A stretch of DNA of 41,465 bases from a virus. Its lineage: Duplodnaviria; Caudoviricetes. The translations under genes and the position numbers were made by a program. The notes under the pieces are model-generated. The model saw nothing but the letters and a program-made list of their open reading frames with translations. It did no database searches and had not been told where the DNA came from. The stretch lies in the IMG/VR virus record IMGVR_UViG_3300010048_000019, positions 1 to 41,465 of that record. One strand, written 5' to 3'. Positions 14,631 to 24,056 of this stretch are shown here, piece after piece; position 1 is the stretch's first letter; the number at the start of each line of letters is the position of its first letter.

Positions 14631-16014
14631 GGCCACCTACGAGTTTTCTAAATCTCTTCAGGCGCCTGTCTTGGAAATGAAGATTCGCGGTGTGCTCGTG
14701 GACTTCGAACTCCGCGACAGGGTTATCGGCGAATATCAAAAGCAGATACAGCAACTCAATGCCAACCTTCATGCGATGGTGAAGGATGGCATCGGTATGC
14801 CGACTGGCGTTAACTATGCAAGCCCCAAACAACTAATGGAGCTGTTCTATGAGCGACTCAGAATCCCCCCAATCAAGAAACGTCGTCTCATTAAAGGACA
14901 GTGGACATACACCCCGACAGTCGACCGTGACGCCCTTGAGCAACTTGACAGCTACTTCCTTGCACAGCCGCTTATCAGCCATATCCTCGGACTTAGAGAT
15001 ATATCAAAAAAGATTAGTGTCCTGCAAACAGACATTGATAGAGACGGTCGAATGCGTACCTCCTACAATATTGCGGGGACTTCAACGGGACGCTTCAGCT
15101 CTAGCCTCTCTGAGTTCGGAACTGGAACGAACCTGCAGAACATTGAGGATCGTCTGCGAAGCGTTTTCGTCTCTGACGAAGGAATGAAGTTCGCGTACAT
15201 CGACCTTGAGCAAGCAGAGTCCCGGCTAGTGGGCGCAATAGAATGGAACTTGTTTCATGACGGACGATACCTTGACGCCTGTGAATCTGGGGACTTGCAC
15301 ACGTCGGTTTGCAGGCTCGCATGGGCCGATCAGCCTTGGACCGGGGATTTGGAACAAGACAAACGAGTTGCTGAGCGACCCTTCTACCGCCAGCATAGCT
15401 ATAGACATATGGCGAAGGTCCTCGGACACGGAACGAACTATAACGGTAAACCTATTACTATGGCAAAACACACCAAACTCGAAGCCAAGGACATTGCCTC
15501 CTTCCAGACAAAATACTTTCGAGCCTTCCCAGCCCACCAACTATGGCACGCTGCCGTCGCATCACAGCTCGCTCAAGCTGGATACCTGGATAGTCTTACT
15601 GGTAGGCGGCGCTGGTTTTTTGGCAGGCGTAATGATGACGCTACTGTTCGCGAAGCTATAGCATATAACCCGCAAGGTTCAGTCGCAGACATTCTAAACC
15701 GAGGCATGTTAAACGTATGGCGCCTGGGTATATGCCAACTCTTGCTCCAAATTCACGATGCGATCCTGATCCAATATCCCGAAGACCTGGAAGATCAGAT
15801 CATACCTGTAGTAATGAAAGCGATTGAAGTCCCGTTAGAGTTGTCGCACGGTCGGACTCTGCTGATCCCTAGTGAGGCCAAGGTGGGCTGGAACTGGTCC
15901 TCGTACTCGAAAGAAAATACCGATGGCCTTCGAAAGTGGAAAGGTAAGGACGGTCGCACAAGAAAGCGTCCGCCGCCTACCCAACTGGATTACCTCCTTC
16001 GTCAATCTCACTGA
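14485..16014 (+). CDS. polA: family A DNA polymerase (ExoIII + polymerase domain)
   Basis: YNGLD (ExoIII), NYASPKQL, GTSTGRFSS, NLQN, motif A DLEQAESR, motif B RHMAKVLGHGTNYNG, YNPQGSVAD, motif C QIHDAI. Confidence 0.93.
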   Translation: MQSIKTHELTALTMPQSETVKLWLYNGLDCCVTTEVLNVLKPQLTETTRATYEFSKSLQAPVLEMKIRGVLVDFELRDRVIGEYQKQIQQLNANLHAMVKDGIGMPTGVNYASPKQLMELFYERLRIPPIKKRRLIKGQWTYTPTVDRDALEQLDSYFLAQPLISHILGLRDISKKISVLQTDIDRDGRMRTSYNIAGTSTGRFSSSLSEFGTGTNLQNIEDRLRSVFVSDEGMKFAYIDLEQAESRLVGAIEWNLFHDGRYLDACESGDLHTSVCRLAWADQPWTGDLEQDKRVAERPFYRQHSYRHMAKVLGHGTNYNGKPITMAKHTKLEAKDIASFQTKYFRAFPAHQLWHAAVASQLAQAGYLDSLTGRRRWFFGRRNDDATVREAIAYNPQGSVADILNRGMLNVWRLGICQLLLQIHDAILIQYPEDLEDQIIPVVMKAIEVPLELSHGRTLLIPSEAKVGWNWSSYSKENTDGLRKWKGKDGRTRKRPPPTQLDYLLRQSH

Positions 16015-17167
16015 CGGAAGTGAGGCACCTGAAATGTGGCGTAAGTGGGCAGCGATCAGTGTTATTGCTTCTGTACTGGAACGCAAGGTATGGAATAAGA
16101 CACAGAAAGGTATCCTCTATCCCAACCTGTATGTTGTTCTAGTTGGCCCACCGGGCTCAGGTAAGTCGGTTGTTCTTTCACTGTGTGAGAAGCTTCTGCG
16201 TGGTGTAGATGAGATGCATCTTGCGCCGTCGTCTGTAACCGCCGCATCACTGATCGACGCGCTAGCACTCGCAAAGCGTAACATCACCTTCCCTGAGTAC
16301 GATACTTACAACTCGCTCCAAGTCATAAGCTCTGAGCTTCAGAACTTCCTCCCCGCCTATGAGGCTTCCATCATGGGAGTCCTGACGAAAATCTACGACT
16401 GCGAACTATACGAAGAGCGGCGGCGCACTGGCAAGGTTAATCACTTGAAGATCGAGAAGACTCAGCTGTCCATCTTAGCTGGGACCACCCCGTCGTATCT
16501 CAATACGCTCTTGCCGGTGGGCGCATGGGACCAGGGCTTTACCTCGCGAACCATCTTCGTCTATGGGAAGAAGGCCGCGAATGGGATGGACTTGTTCGAT
16601 GACTCAGACGATGGAATGGTAAGGGACCAGCTCTTCAAAGACCTGCTATTCGATCTTCAGTTAATAGCTAAGTTCCAAGGCAAAGCGATGTGGACGCTGG
16701 AGGCCCAAAGAGAAATCCAGAACTGGGTAAGAGGTGGTGAGCAGCCAGTGCCGGATCATGGCAGGCTAGAGCACTACCGAAGCAGACGTGCGGCGCATGT
16801 TCTTAAGCTCGGTGTCGTGGCGGCGCTGACCCATCGACATGAGCTGCAAGTCTTCCCAGAGGACTTTCATCAAGCTCTGGCCTGGCTCCTTGAAGCTGAG
16901 AGCCTTATGCCAGAAATCTTCAGGCAGATGACCACGACGCCAGAGGCCCTCGCGATGGAAGATACTCGGGATCACCTAATGAAGATATACAAGACGATCG
17001 GAGGCCCAGTGCCTGAGCACTTCCTCTACGACTTCCTCAAGCATCGAGTGGCTTCGCCGTACCTGGCAAAGACGATCGAGACTATGGTTAAGTCGAACAT
17101 GCTCAAAGTAGAGTTCAAGCAGGGTGTCCCGCACTATACTCCACTGAACCGGACACCGACTGGATAA
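15923..17167 (+). CDS. DUF3987/YfjI-like P-loop ATPase, putative replicative helicase
   Basis: YPNLYVVLVGPPGSGKS, SSEL, LTKIYD, LSILAGTTP, GFTSR; start codon uncertain. Confidence 0.8.
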   Translation: MAFESGKVRTVAQESVRRLPNWITSFVNLTDGSEAPEMWRKWAAISVIASVLERKVWNKTQKGILYPNLYVVLVGPPGSGKSVVLSLCEKLLRGVDEMHLAPSSVTAASLIDALALAKRNITFPEYDTYNSLQVISSELQNFLPAYEASIMGVLTKIYDCELYEERRRTGKVNHLKIEKTQLSILAGTTPSYLNTLLPVGAWDQGFTSRTIFVYGKKAANGMDLFDDSDDGMVRDQLFKDLLFDLQLIAKFQGKAMWTLEAQREIQNWVRGGEQPVPDHGRLEHYRSRRAAHVLKLGVVAALTHRHELQVFPEDFHQALAWLLEAESLMPEIFRQMTTTPEALAMEDTRDHLMKIYKTIGGPVPEHFLYDFLKHRVASPYLAKTIETMVKSNMLKVEFKQGVPHYTPLNRTPTG

Positions 17168-17550
17168 TAAACCTCTACCTCGTCGTCCGTCTCTATACCG
17201 AGCATATCCATTAAACCTGGACTGATGTCCGCAACTCTGTAGGTAGATTCATGTGGACCCCAGTCCGCCGGGTACGCAAGGAAACCCTTGCCCGTCGATG
17301 GCGCGTAGACAAAACAGATTATATTCAGAAGCTCATCTTTAGGGGTCTCGTCGTAGTCCCAGCGCGTGGCGATGTAGTAGACTTCGGGATTGAGGCGGCG
17401 AGCGAGACCTGTCGTGCCTTCGGGCTGGTAGTCTAGGAATAGCTCTGGCTTCATGTCTACGTTGTAGATAAAGGCGAGCCCTTCATCAGGCTTGACGCCT
17501 TCGTCGTCTGGCCCACCGAACCAACTGACCTTACCGGCAAGCTTTGTCAT
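17134..17550 (-). CDS. RlpA-like double-psi beta-barrel protein (putative lytic transglycosylase / glycan binder)
   Basis: GKVSWFGG...PADWGP...RVADISPGLMDMLGI parallels the RlpA pattern ASWYG...NDRGP...RIIDLS...LG. Confidence 0.65.
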   Translation of the reverse strand: MTKLAGKVSWFGGPDDEGVKPDEGLAFIYNVDMKPELFLDYQPEGTTGLARRLNPEVYYIATRWDYDETPKDELLNIICFVYAPSTGKGFLAYPADWGPHESTYRVADISPGLMDMLGIETDDEVEVYYPVGVRFSGV

Positions 17551-17737
17551 TGACGATCTCCCTTATCGTATCCACCGTCTCCTTGACACACAATGAGGTG
17601 CCAAGTACCTTGATGCCTGCTCCACCTTTATGATGGCACTGTATGTTCGCCTCGCGCAGGATCTGAATGTCACAGCGCTGTACCCAAAGCGGGGAGCCAT
17701 CGAGAGCAGTCAACAGCACTAATTCCAAGATCACCAC
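17531..17737 (-). CDS. small hypothetical protein
   Basis: 68-aa ORF overlapping both neighbours; GGAG RBS. Confidence 0.55.
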   Translation of the reverse strand: MVILELVLLTALDGSPLWVQRCDIQILREANIQCHHKGGAGIKVLGTSLCVKETVDTIREIVNDKACR

Positions 17738-20700
17738 TTACTCCTATGCGATCCGCCCCAGCCCTTCTTCGCCCCCGGCAACTCCTCTGGATGTGATTTG
17801 CCGAGTAATAATCCTCGTCCAACCCTGTATGGATTTTCAGCCTGCTGTTTATTCTCGTGCAGGTCCCACCAGAACTGAGTGGACTCAGCTATCTGACCAG
17901 AGCCTGGTATGTTTGCCAAGTATCCAAGCATTTGAATTACGTCGTGTGGCGCTCGTTCAGGCATGTGACCCATTGCAGTCTGATACGTCGAATATATTCC
18001 TTTTCCTATAGCTTCTGGAAGCTGAATCATAGGATCAGATTGTAGCATTAAGTCGTGAGGTATCTTCTTTCCAGCAGCTGTAGATTGGATTGCCTTACCT
18101 ATTCCATAGGAGAAGTCCCTGACAACAGGATAGGCTCCCATCACCTGATGCAGGACTCCAACCCCCTCGTCCATTGCTTGCTCACCTAGCCACTCCGGCC
18201 ACGTCTGAGCATGACCCATTCCCTTTTCCACCTTCTGTTCTGCATATCCAAGAATAGCCAAATAAAACAAAGTTCTCCATGCAGCCCTCCCAAACTTAGT
18301 GTACGCGCGAGCGGTCTCATTATTTCTGAAGTCCTCTATTCCAGTCTTTACATCTCTACCAATCGACCGTATCCTGTTCTCTGAATGATTGAAGAAGCTA
18401 AACGCGACAGTTAATAACTTTGTCAAGTCATTCGATCGCATGATCGGAGCTAGATCAGTAACACCGGATGAGCCATGTGCGTTCCTAACAGCCTTATTCC
18501 CTAGATAGATAGCTGTATCCTCATCATGTCCAGCTTCTAGAGCCTGCTCATATGCAGTAAGCGCGGTAGGATAGGCAGTAGCGAGATCGCCGATGGTAGT
18601 ACCTTGAGCACCCAGCCATATAGCGTAGTTCCACATGCTTGGATTGCCGATTGCCTGATCTAACCTCGCTCCAATATCTCGATCCTGATCATGAGCACGA
18701 TGACGAATCTCTCCGAACTTCTCATATATCTCCTGCTGCAATCTCTGGCTATCCGGAGACATCCATATCTTCACGAAGTTATTTGAGAAGTGTGGTATTC
18801 CAACCTCGCCAAAGCTGTCAACTGCTGCAGCGACTGAGTGCTTTAATATAGTCGAGAAGCGATATAACAACTGTGCCGTAACGATCCGCTCTCTACTCCA
18901 TCTAGCAGCCTCATTTAGAGCCACTAAGGACTGATCGTTTACCGATTTACCAGATCCTATATAAGCAAGCCAAGGCTCTATCTGTCTTTGATGTGCCTCG
19001 CCAAGAGCACTGTTCATTTGCTGTTGAATACGTTTATCTAGCAAGAACCTCGCAGCATCCATCAACGGTTCGCGAAAGTTCAAATCGTGAATGTACTCGC
19101 TAAGGAGTGGAACCGCAGACGAGATGTCAAGATTCAGTGGGTACGCGGCAGCGGTGCGAGCATGATCCCACCTGCTCGGTGGACTCGCTCTAAAGTACCG
19201 ATCGAGCCCAAAAACATTACTAGCATCTCCACGAGGGCCTACCCATCTTGGATCAGCGCGGAGCGGCCAATAACCACCTTTATACTCTCCAAACTCTGTA
19301 GACAGTGCCCGTGGCTTTATCTCCATCGGCGCTGTGCCAGAGGTTCGCCACGCTAGCTCCTGCCCACGTGGCCACAGGTCAGCCATAATATCCCATAACC
19401 CTTGCACGAAGTCCCAGTGGCCTTTCGTAGCATTCTCCTTCACAAGCATCTTAATAGCTATAGGGTCAAGCTGCTTCTGCTGTCCCAACCATTCAAACGG
19501 AGCGGTCAGCTTATCGAAGTTACTCGTATTACCAAAGTGGACCATCATACCAAGTAAATCGGCGTGGGTCAGAACCATTGGATTCCCAGTTTTCCAATCC
19601 ATCAACACTTGATTATCTATTTTCTCTCCTATGATCTTATGCATCTCCTTAACAGATGCCAGCTTTCTCAATGCTTTTATCTGCTGACCCAGCTTTTTCA
19701 GATCATCATACTTTCCAATCTTCGCGTTTGACAAGTTCTTGAATATCTGGTTGAAGATACCAAGAGGTTCACTGTCGCTGGCCCAGTCAAGCAGTTGCTC
19801 CGGTTTTCGTAGGAAGGCGTCAGTCTTTCTAATCCAGTTTCTAGCTGGAATTGTAGTCTCTGAAACTGGCTTGTATCTCGTAAGCTCGTTAATTCCCTGC
19901 TCTATCGCCAGTTCAAAGTCGATCTTATTGCCAGCATTGTCAAGGAACTTCTCGCGCCTGCCGATATTATCGACGCTCTCAATCCCGGCCATGAACGAGT
20001 CAAACTCGTTCATTGTGAACCTGGAGAAGTCATAGTTCTCCCAGCGCGTGTTCTTTGAGAGAAGGTCTGTGTTGACGATAGGATCGAAGCCACTCATAGC
20101 CTTGTTATGGATGTAATCAATGAGTGAAGTAGGGCCTCCCAGCGCGGCGGATAATTCAGAGTTCTCGCGTGGCTGAGGCAGCCCAACCATTCGCATCATA
20201 TTGTGAATCTGATTAACACTGTCTTGCATCACGTTTGACAGCGTTCGATTCATTCCATACTTGTTGAGGATGCCGTCCATCGCCTTGTTAAATCGCTTTT
20301 CGAAGGCCAGCGCTTCTTTCATCTTGTAAATCGCAATAACCTCCGCTTGCTTCATCTTCAGCGCTGTGGGCCAATCCTTCTTGGTGGCGGCGTCGAACGC
20401 CAGCTTTGCACTCTTCTCAGAAGCTTTCCTAAACACTTCCGACTGAATCTCGCCCGCGGGCTTGTTACCAAGTTCTTGCAGTGCATTCTTCTTTAGGTCC
20501 TCTTTCGACACGTATTCAGGCGCTTGGTCTCCAAGATTCTCTCTAATAATATTCATCTCAGCATCGAGAATGTCGATGTGATACTGTGCAAGAGCAGCCT
20601 CAGTCGCTTCATCAAAAATGTTCTTTGACAAATCGCCGTAGCGTTGCTCCATCCTAGTATTCGTCTCTTCGTCAATTCGATCTTTTAGATACTGAGCAGG

Positions 20701-23016
20701 CGTTTGATCGCCCTTATCTCTTAGATACTTGCCCAGCTCCTTAATCATCTGAGCGCCAGAGTTGAAATCGAGCTTGCTAGCTATGTCATCTGGTGGCACA
20801 CCTTCGGGGTGAGTGTAGAGATCGAGAATTTCCTTCGGAGCCTGTCCAGCTTTAACGAATCTCTCCACGATCGATCGAAGCAGTTTCTGCCGCCCCGGCA
20901 CCCTTGCGCCATTGGGAAGCACCCCGGTTCGAATGAACTTGTCCGCCGCGATCCCGCTCTCGTACTTCATATCAATAGTGGCTTCTTCCTCCATCCGCTT
21001 TCTGTTCGCTTCCCACTCAGGGGACAATCGTTTTTTAGCGAGCCTCGTCTCGCGAGCGAAGAGCTTCTGAAAATCTTCGTTCTCTGCACCTTCAATCAGA
21101 TTGAACAGACGTGCATAGGTTGGCTTGGTTAGTGAGAGAGTTTTTTGATCTTGAAAGAGTGGTTGGAAGTAAATCGAACGCTCCGCCAGTTTCATAGCAG
21201 AGTGCATAATCTTGCCACTGTTAGAGAGCACAGACAGTTCTGGTTGTTCTGCCTTCGGTGGCCGGACCTTAACCTTGACGGGGCCAGCGATTTCTCTTAG
21301 CTTATTAGCTTCCTCTACCGCTTGAGTTTTAAGATCCTCTAACTGCTGTTTGGCCTTCACATATCGAGGAGAATCCTCGGGAACATCAGGTACAGTACTA
21401 AGACTCTGGGCTCGACTTTCCGCACGAGCTGCCAAAGCTTCTGCAATGTCAGGGCGCTTATTATCCATAGCCCACTGAGCACTTTTTAACCGCTCTGCGA
21501 TTGGCTTAACACCAACATTAATTGCGTTCTCCAAAGCTTCGAGATAGTCCTTGTCACTCACTGTTTCTTGATCGAGACTCTCGTACTCTGTATCCAGATT
21601 CTCTAATAGCTTATCCAGCGTCGAGACCGGCGGTTCCTTCTGCTTCCCTATCTCCTTCCCCTCGTTATTACTCACACCAGCATTGCGCAGCACGAAGTCA
21701 TCTTTCAGCGCTTGGTAGGTCGATGGGTCCATATGAGTGAGGACCTGCCGCATCAACAGCTGAATGTCCTCGTTAGAGTTCATCGCGGCATTATACTTAT
21801 CTACGATCCTGCTATCGAAGCCAAGAAGCTTGTCTCCAACTGCGGGCATCTGATTGTCGTAGAGTTTCTGAACAGCCTCCAACGGAACGGAGAGTGTATT
21901 CTCACCGAAAGGTATCCTGAAGAAGCTCTCAAGCGCTTCCGGCGATCGGCCCTTAGTCTTCGTGACCTGAGCCATGCCAAATACTTTGTCGAACAGCTCA
22001 AGATCGTGCGCGGCGCTCTCCATCTTGAACTTGTCTATAAGTGCGTCCGCTCCAGTAGGCGGCATCTTGCCGGCCTTCAACGCCTCCTCGCTCAGCGGAG
22101 TCATCTTGTCTGGCGGAGGCAATAGCCCAGCGATCGACGTCTCCTTGCCAGTTCGTCCCTTCGCTTCGCGAGCAGCTAAGAACTCATCTATCTTCCTACG
22201 ATCGTATTGCCCCTGGCTCTCTCCCGGTCGAGGTCCTTCTGGCTCAAATCCAGCTTGCCTTAGAAAAGCATCAATCTCTGTCGGCGAGGAACGATAGAGT
22301 ATGCTTTCTTTCGATACCTTTGGCGCAGCCGCATTCAGTCCCCCAAGCATCATACCGAGGCTTACAATAGCATCATCCTGATCTTTGCGCATCTGCCGAG
22401 CGCGGAACGCACCTTCTTCAGTGCCATCATCTACTTCCGGCGTCTCCGCTATTGTCTTCAGTCGATCAAACATATCATAGCTGTGCATCAGTATAGATGG
22501 GATGGCTGCAAGCCCTGCGATTGGCAGGCCAACAGGACCAGTAAAAACTGGCATCAATCCCCCAGCGATCATCAGCGCATCAGCGCCGTGCTCGACTCCC
22601 TGCCAGACCTGTTTAGGCGTTAGACCCTTTGGAAACTGGTTAATTACTTCTCCCATATCCCCGAGCATCTGCCAGTCATCGTTGGAGACTTTTGATGCTT
22701 CTGGGTTCTGATTGATGTATTGCTGAAGTATTGGGCTGCTCATAACTCGGAAAGCAGCATTGCCAGCATTAACTTGCCGCTTCGCAGCCTCTGGATCACC
22801 GGCAACAGCCGTTGTTGAAATACCAAGCTGTTTCGCAAGATCAATATTCTTCGCGGCTTGATCAGCATTTGCGTTGGCGTCGGCGACTGCTTTCGAGGTA
22901 GCAGTTGCTGGTGAGCTGAAAGAGCCGTAAGCGGGCGGAGTTTTCTCTTCGGTTGGGGCTTCTCCACCACCACCGCGACTGGTTAGAGTCGTCCAATCAA
23001 AGTCCGTGTTTGTCAT
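17731..23016 (-). CDS. large internal virion (DNA ejection, T7 gp16-analogous) protein
   Basis: 1761 aa, helical, last large gene after the tail tubular and core genes; hydrophobic segments near both ends. Confidence 0.75.
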   Translation of the reverse strand: MTNTDFDWTTLTSRGGGGEAPTEEKTPPAYGSFSSPATATSKAVADANANADQAAKNIDLAKQLGISTTAVAGDPEAAKRQVNAGNAAFRVMSSPILQQYINQNPEASKVSNDDWQMLGDMGEVINQFPKGLTPKQVWQGVEHGADALMIAGGLMPVFTGPVGLPIAGLAAIPSILMHSYDMFDRLKTIAETPEVDDGTEEGAFRARQMRKDQDDAIVSLGMMLGGLNAAAPKVSKESILYRSSPTEIDAFLRQAGFEPEGPRPGESQGQYDRRKIDEFLAAREAKGRTGKETSIAGLLPPPDKMTPLSEEALKAGKMPPTGADALIDKFKMESAAHDLELFDKVFGMAQVTKTKGRSPEALESFFRIPFGENTLSVPLEAVQKLYDNQMPAVGDKLLGFDSRIVDKYNAAMNSNEDIQLLMRQVLTHMDPSTYQALKDDFVLRNAGVSNNEGKEIGKQKEPPVSTLDKLLENLDTEYESLDQETVSDKDYLEALENAINVGVKPIAERLKSAQWAMDNKRPDIAEALAARAESRAQSLSTVPDVPEDSPRYVKAKQQLEDLKTQAVEEANKLREIAGPVKVKVRPPKAEQPELSVLSNSGKIMHSAMKLAERSIYFQPLFQDQKTLSLTKPTYARLFNLIEGAENEDFQKLFARETRLAKKRLSPEWEANRKRMEEEATIDMKYESGIAADKFIRTGVLPNGARVPGRQKLLRSIVERFVKAGQAPKEILDLYTHPEGVPPDDIASKLDFNSGAQMIKELGKYLRDKGDQTPAQYLKDRIDEETNTRMEQRYGDLSKNIFDEATEAALAQYHIDILDAEMNIIRENLGDQAPEYVSKEDLKKNALQELGNKPAGEIQSEVFRKASEKSAKLAFDAATKKDWPTALKMKQAEVIAIYKMKEALAFEKRFNKAMDGILNKYGMNRTLSNVMQDSVNQIHNMMRMVGLPQPRENSELSAALGGPTSLIDYIHNKAMSGFDPIVNTDLLSKNTRWENYDFSRFTMNEFDSFMAGIESVDNIGRREKFLDNAGNKIDFELAIEQGINELTRYKPVSETTIPARNWIRKTDAFLRKPEQLLDWASDSEPLGIFNQIFKNLSNAKIGKYDDLKKLGQQIKALRKLASVKEMHKIIGEKIDNQVLMDWKTGNPMVLTHADLLGMMVHFGNTSNFDKLTAPFEWLGQQKQLDPIAIKMLVKENATKGHWDFVQGLWDIMADLWPRGQELAWRTSGTAPMEIKPRALSTEFGEYKGGYWPLRADPRWVGPRGDASNVFGLDRYFRASPPSRWDHARTAAAYPLNLDISSAVPLLSEYIHDLNFREPLMDAARFLLDKRIQQQMNSALGEAHQRQIEPWLAYIGSGKSVNDQSLVALNEAARWSRERIVTAQLLYRFSTILKHSVAAAVDSFGEVGIPHFSNNFVKIWMSPDSQRLQQEIYEKFGEIRHRAHDQDRDIGARLDQAIGNPSMWNYAIWLGAQGTTIGDLATAYPTALTAYEQALEAGHDEDTAIYLGNKAVRNAHGSSGVTDLAPIMRSNDLTKLLTVAFSFFNHSENRIRSIGRDVKTGIEDFRNNETARAYTKFGRAAWRTLFYLAILGYAEQKVEKGMGHAQTWPEWLGEQAMDEGVGVLHQVMGAYPVVRDFSYGIGKAIQSTAAGKKIPHDLMLQSDPMIQLPEAIGKGIYSTYQTAMGHMPERAPHDVIQMLGYLANIPGSGQIAESTQFWWDLHENKQQAENPYRVGRGLLLGKSHPEELPGAKKGWGGSHRSKW

Positions 23017-24056
23017 TGAGTCTGCTTCTTACGATAGAGGTCATACAAAGCATCGGGAGTTGGCGTCGCGCCTTTATGCAGCATCGACCATTCATGAGCC
23101 TCCGGACTATTCTCAAAGTCCTTCGGAACCATGTACAGACGCTGTGGGCTAGCAAAGCTGCCAAAGAAGCCACTTCTATCCGCTCGATCGCGAACGACGT
23201 TGCTGGCGACCTGCTCGACGTCAGACCTATTAAGCACTGGAGAGTCACCACCCTTAGCTATCAGTGCTCTCTTTAGTTCAACCTCCATTGCACCCTTAAC
23301 TTGCAGACGGGTGTCCTCATCTGGAGTTGCGCCAAGCTCTTTACTGAAGATGTCATTTGCCCAGTGCATATAAACATCTAGCTTATCTTCAACAGATCTA
23401 CTGCGCCTAAGTCCTTGAAGCCTTCGATTTAGCTCCTGGGTCTGTGCCTTCGGCAAGTCTAATACAGCTGGATTCAGCTTATTTATAACCTCGTCCTTGT
23501 CTTTTATTCCATCCATAGCATCTCGAATGATTCCAACTGCGGCGTCGAATTTTCTGTGTCGATCGTCAGTGAAGGGTGGGTCCTGTTTAGAGTTATGTGC
23601 AAATACACTATCTACATATTTCTGAATATCATTATTTCGGCTCTTGGCGTCTGCGAGCATCTTAGAGAAGTTTGGATCGATTTGCATAGCTTCGGTCTCA
23701 TTACGAGGACCGATTCCGAACTTTTCAGTATTATATAAGATTGTATTAAGGCCTGTCTTATCTGAAGCCAGCTGCATCTTGTTGAGAGCTATTTCAGAGC
23801 TAAGCCTGTTACGCCTCTTCCTTATCGACTCATCAATGACATGCTGGCGTTCGACTGGATCAGCGAAGTTATCATTAGCCCACTTGTTAAGGCCAGCCAT
23901 CCACTGATTCTCGGTGGCTAGGTCCGTCGCGCCCTGATCAGTTGGCTGCTCCGCTGTTGCTTGCCCCGTCGTCTCAGGTTGAGTCGTCGATGTAGTATCT
24001 TCAGTCGTTGTCGGCTGGTTCAGTACCGCACCAGCAATATCCGATAATTCAGCCAT
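23013..24056 (-). CDS. internal virion protein
   Basis: 347 aa, translationally coupled on both sides within the ejection-protein block. Confidence 0.65.
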   Translation of the reverse strand: MAELSDIAGAVLNQPTTTEDTTSTTQPETTGQATAEQPTDQGATDLATENQWMAGLNKWANDNFADPVERQHVIDESIRKRRNRLSSEIALNKMQLASDKTGLNTILYNTEKFGIGPRNETEAMQIDPNFSKMLADAKSRNNDIQKYVDSVFAHNSKQDPPFTDDRHRKFDAAVGIIRDAMDGIKDKDEVINKLNPAVLDLPKAQTQELNRRLQGLRRSRSVEDKLDVYMHWANDIFSKELGATPDEDTRLQVKGAMEVELKRALIAKGGDSPVLNRSDVEQVASNVVRDRADRSGFFGSFASPQRLYMVPKDFENSPEAHEWSMLHKGATPTPDALYDLYRKKQTQ

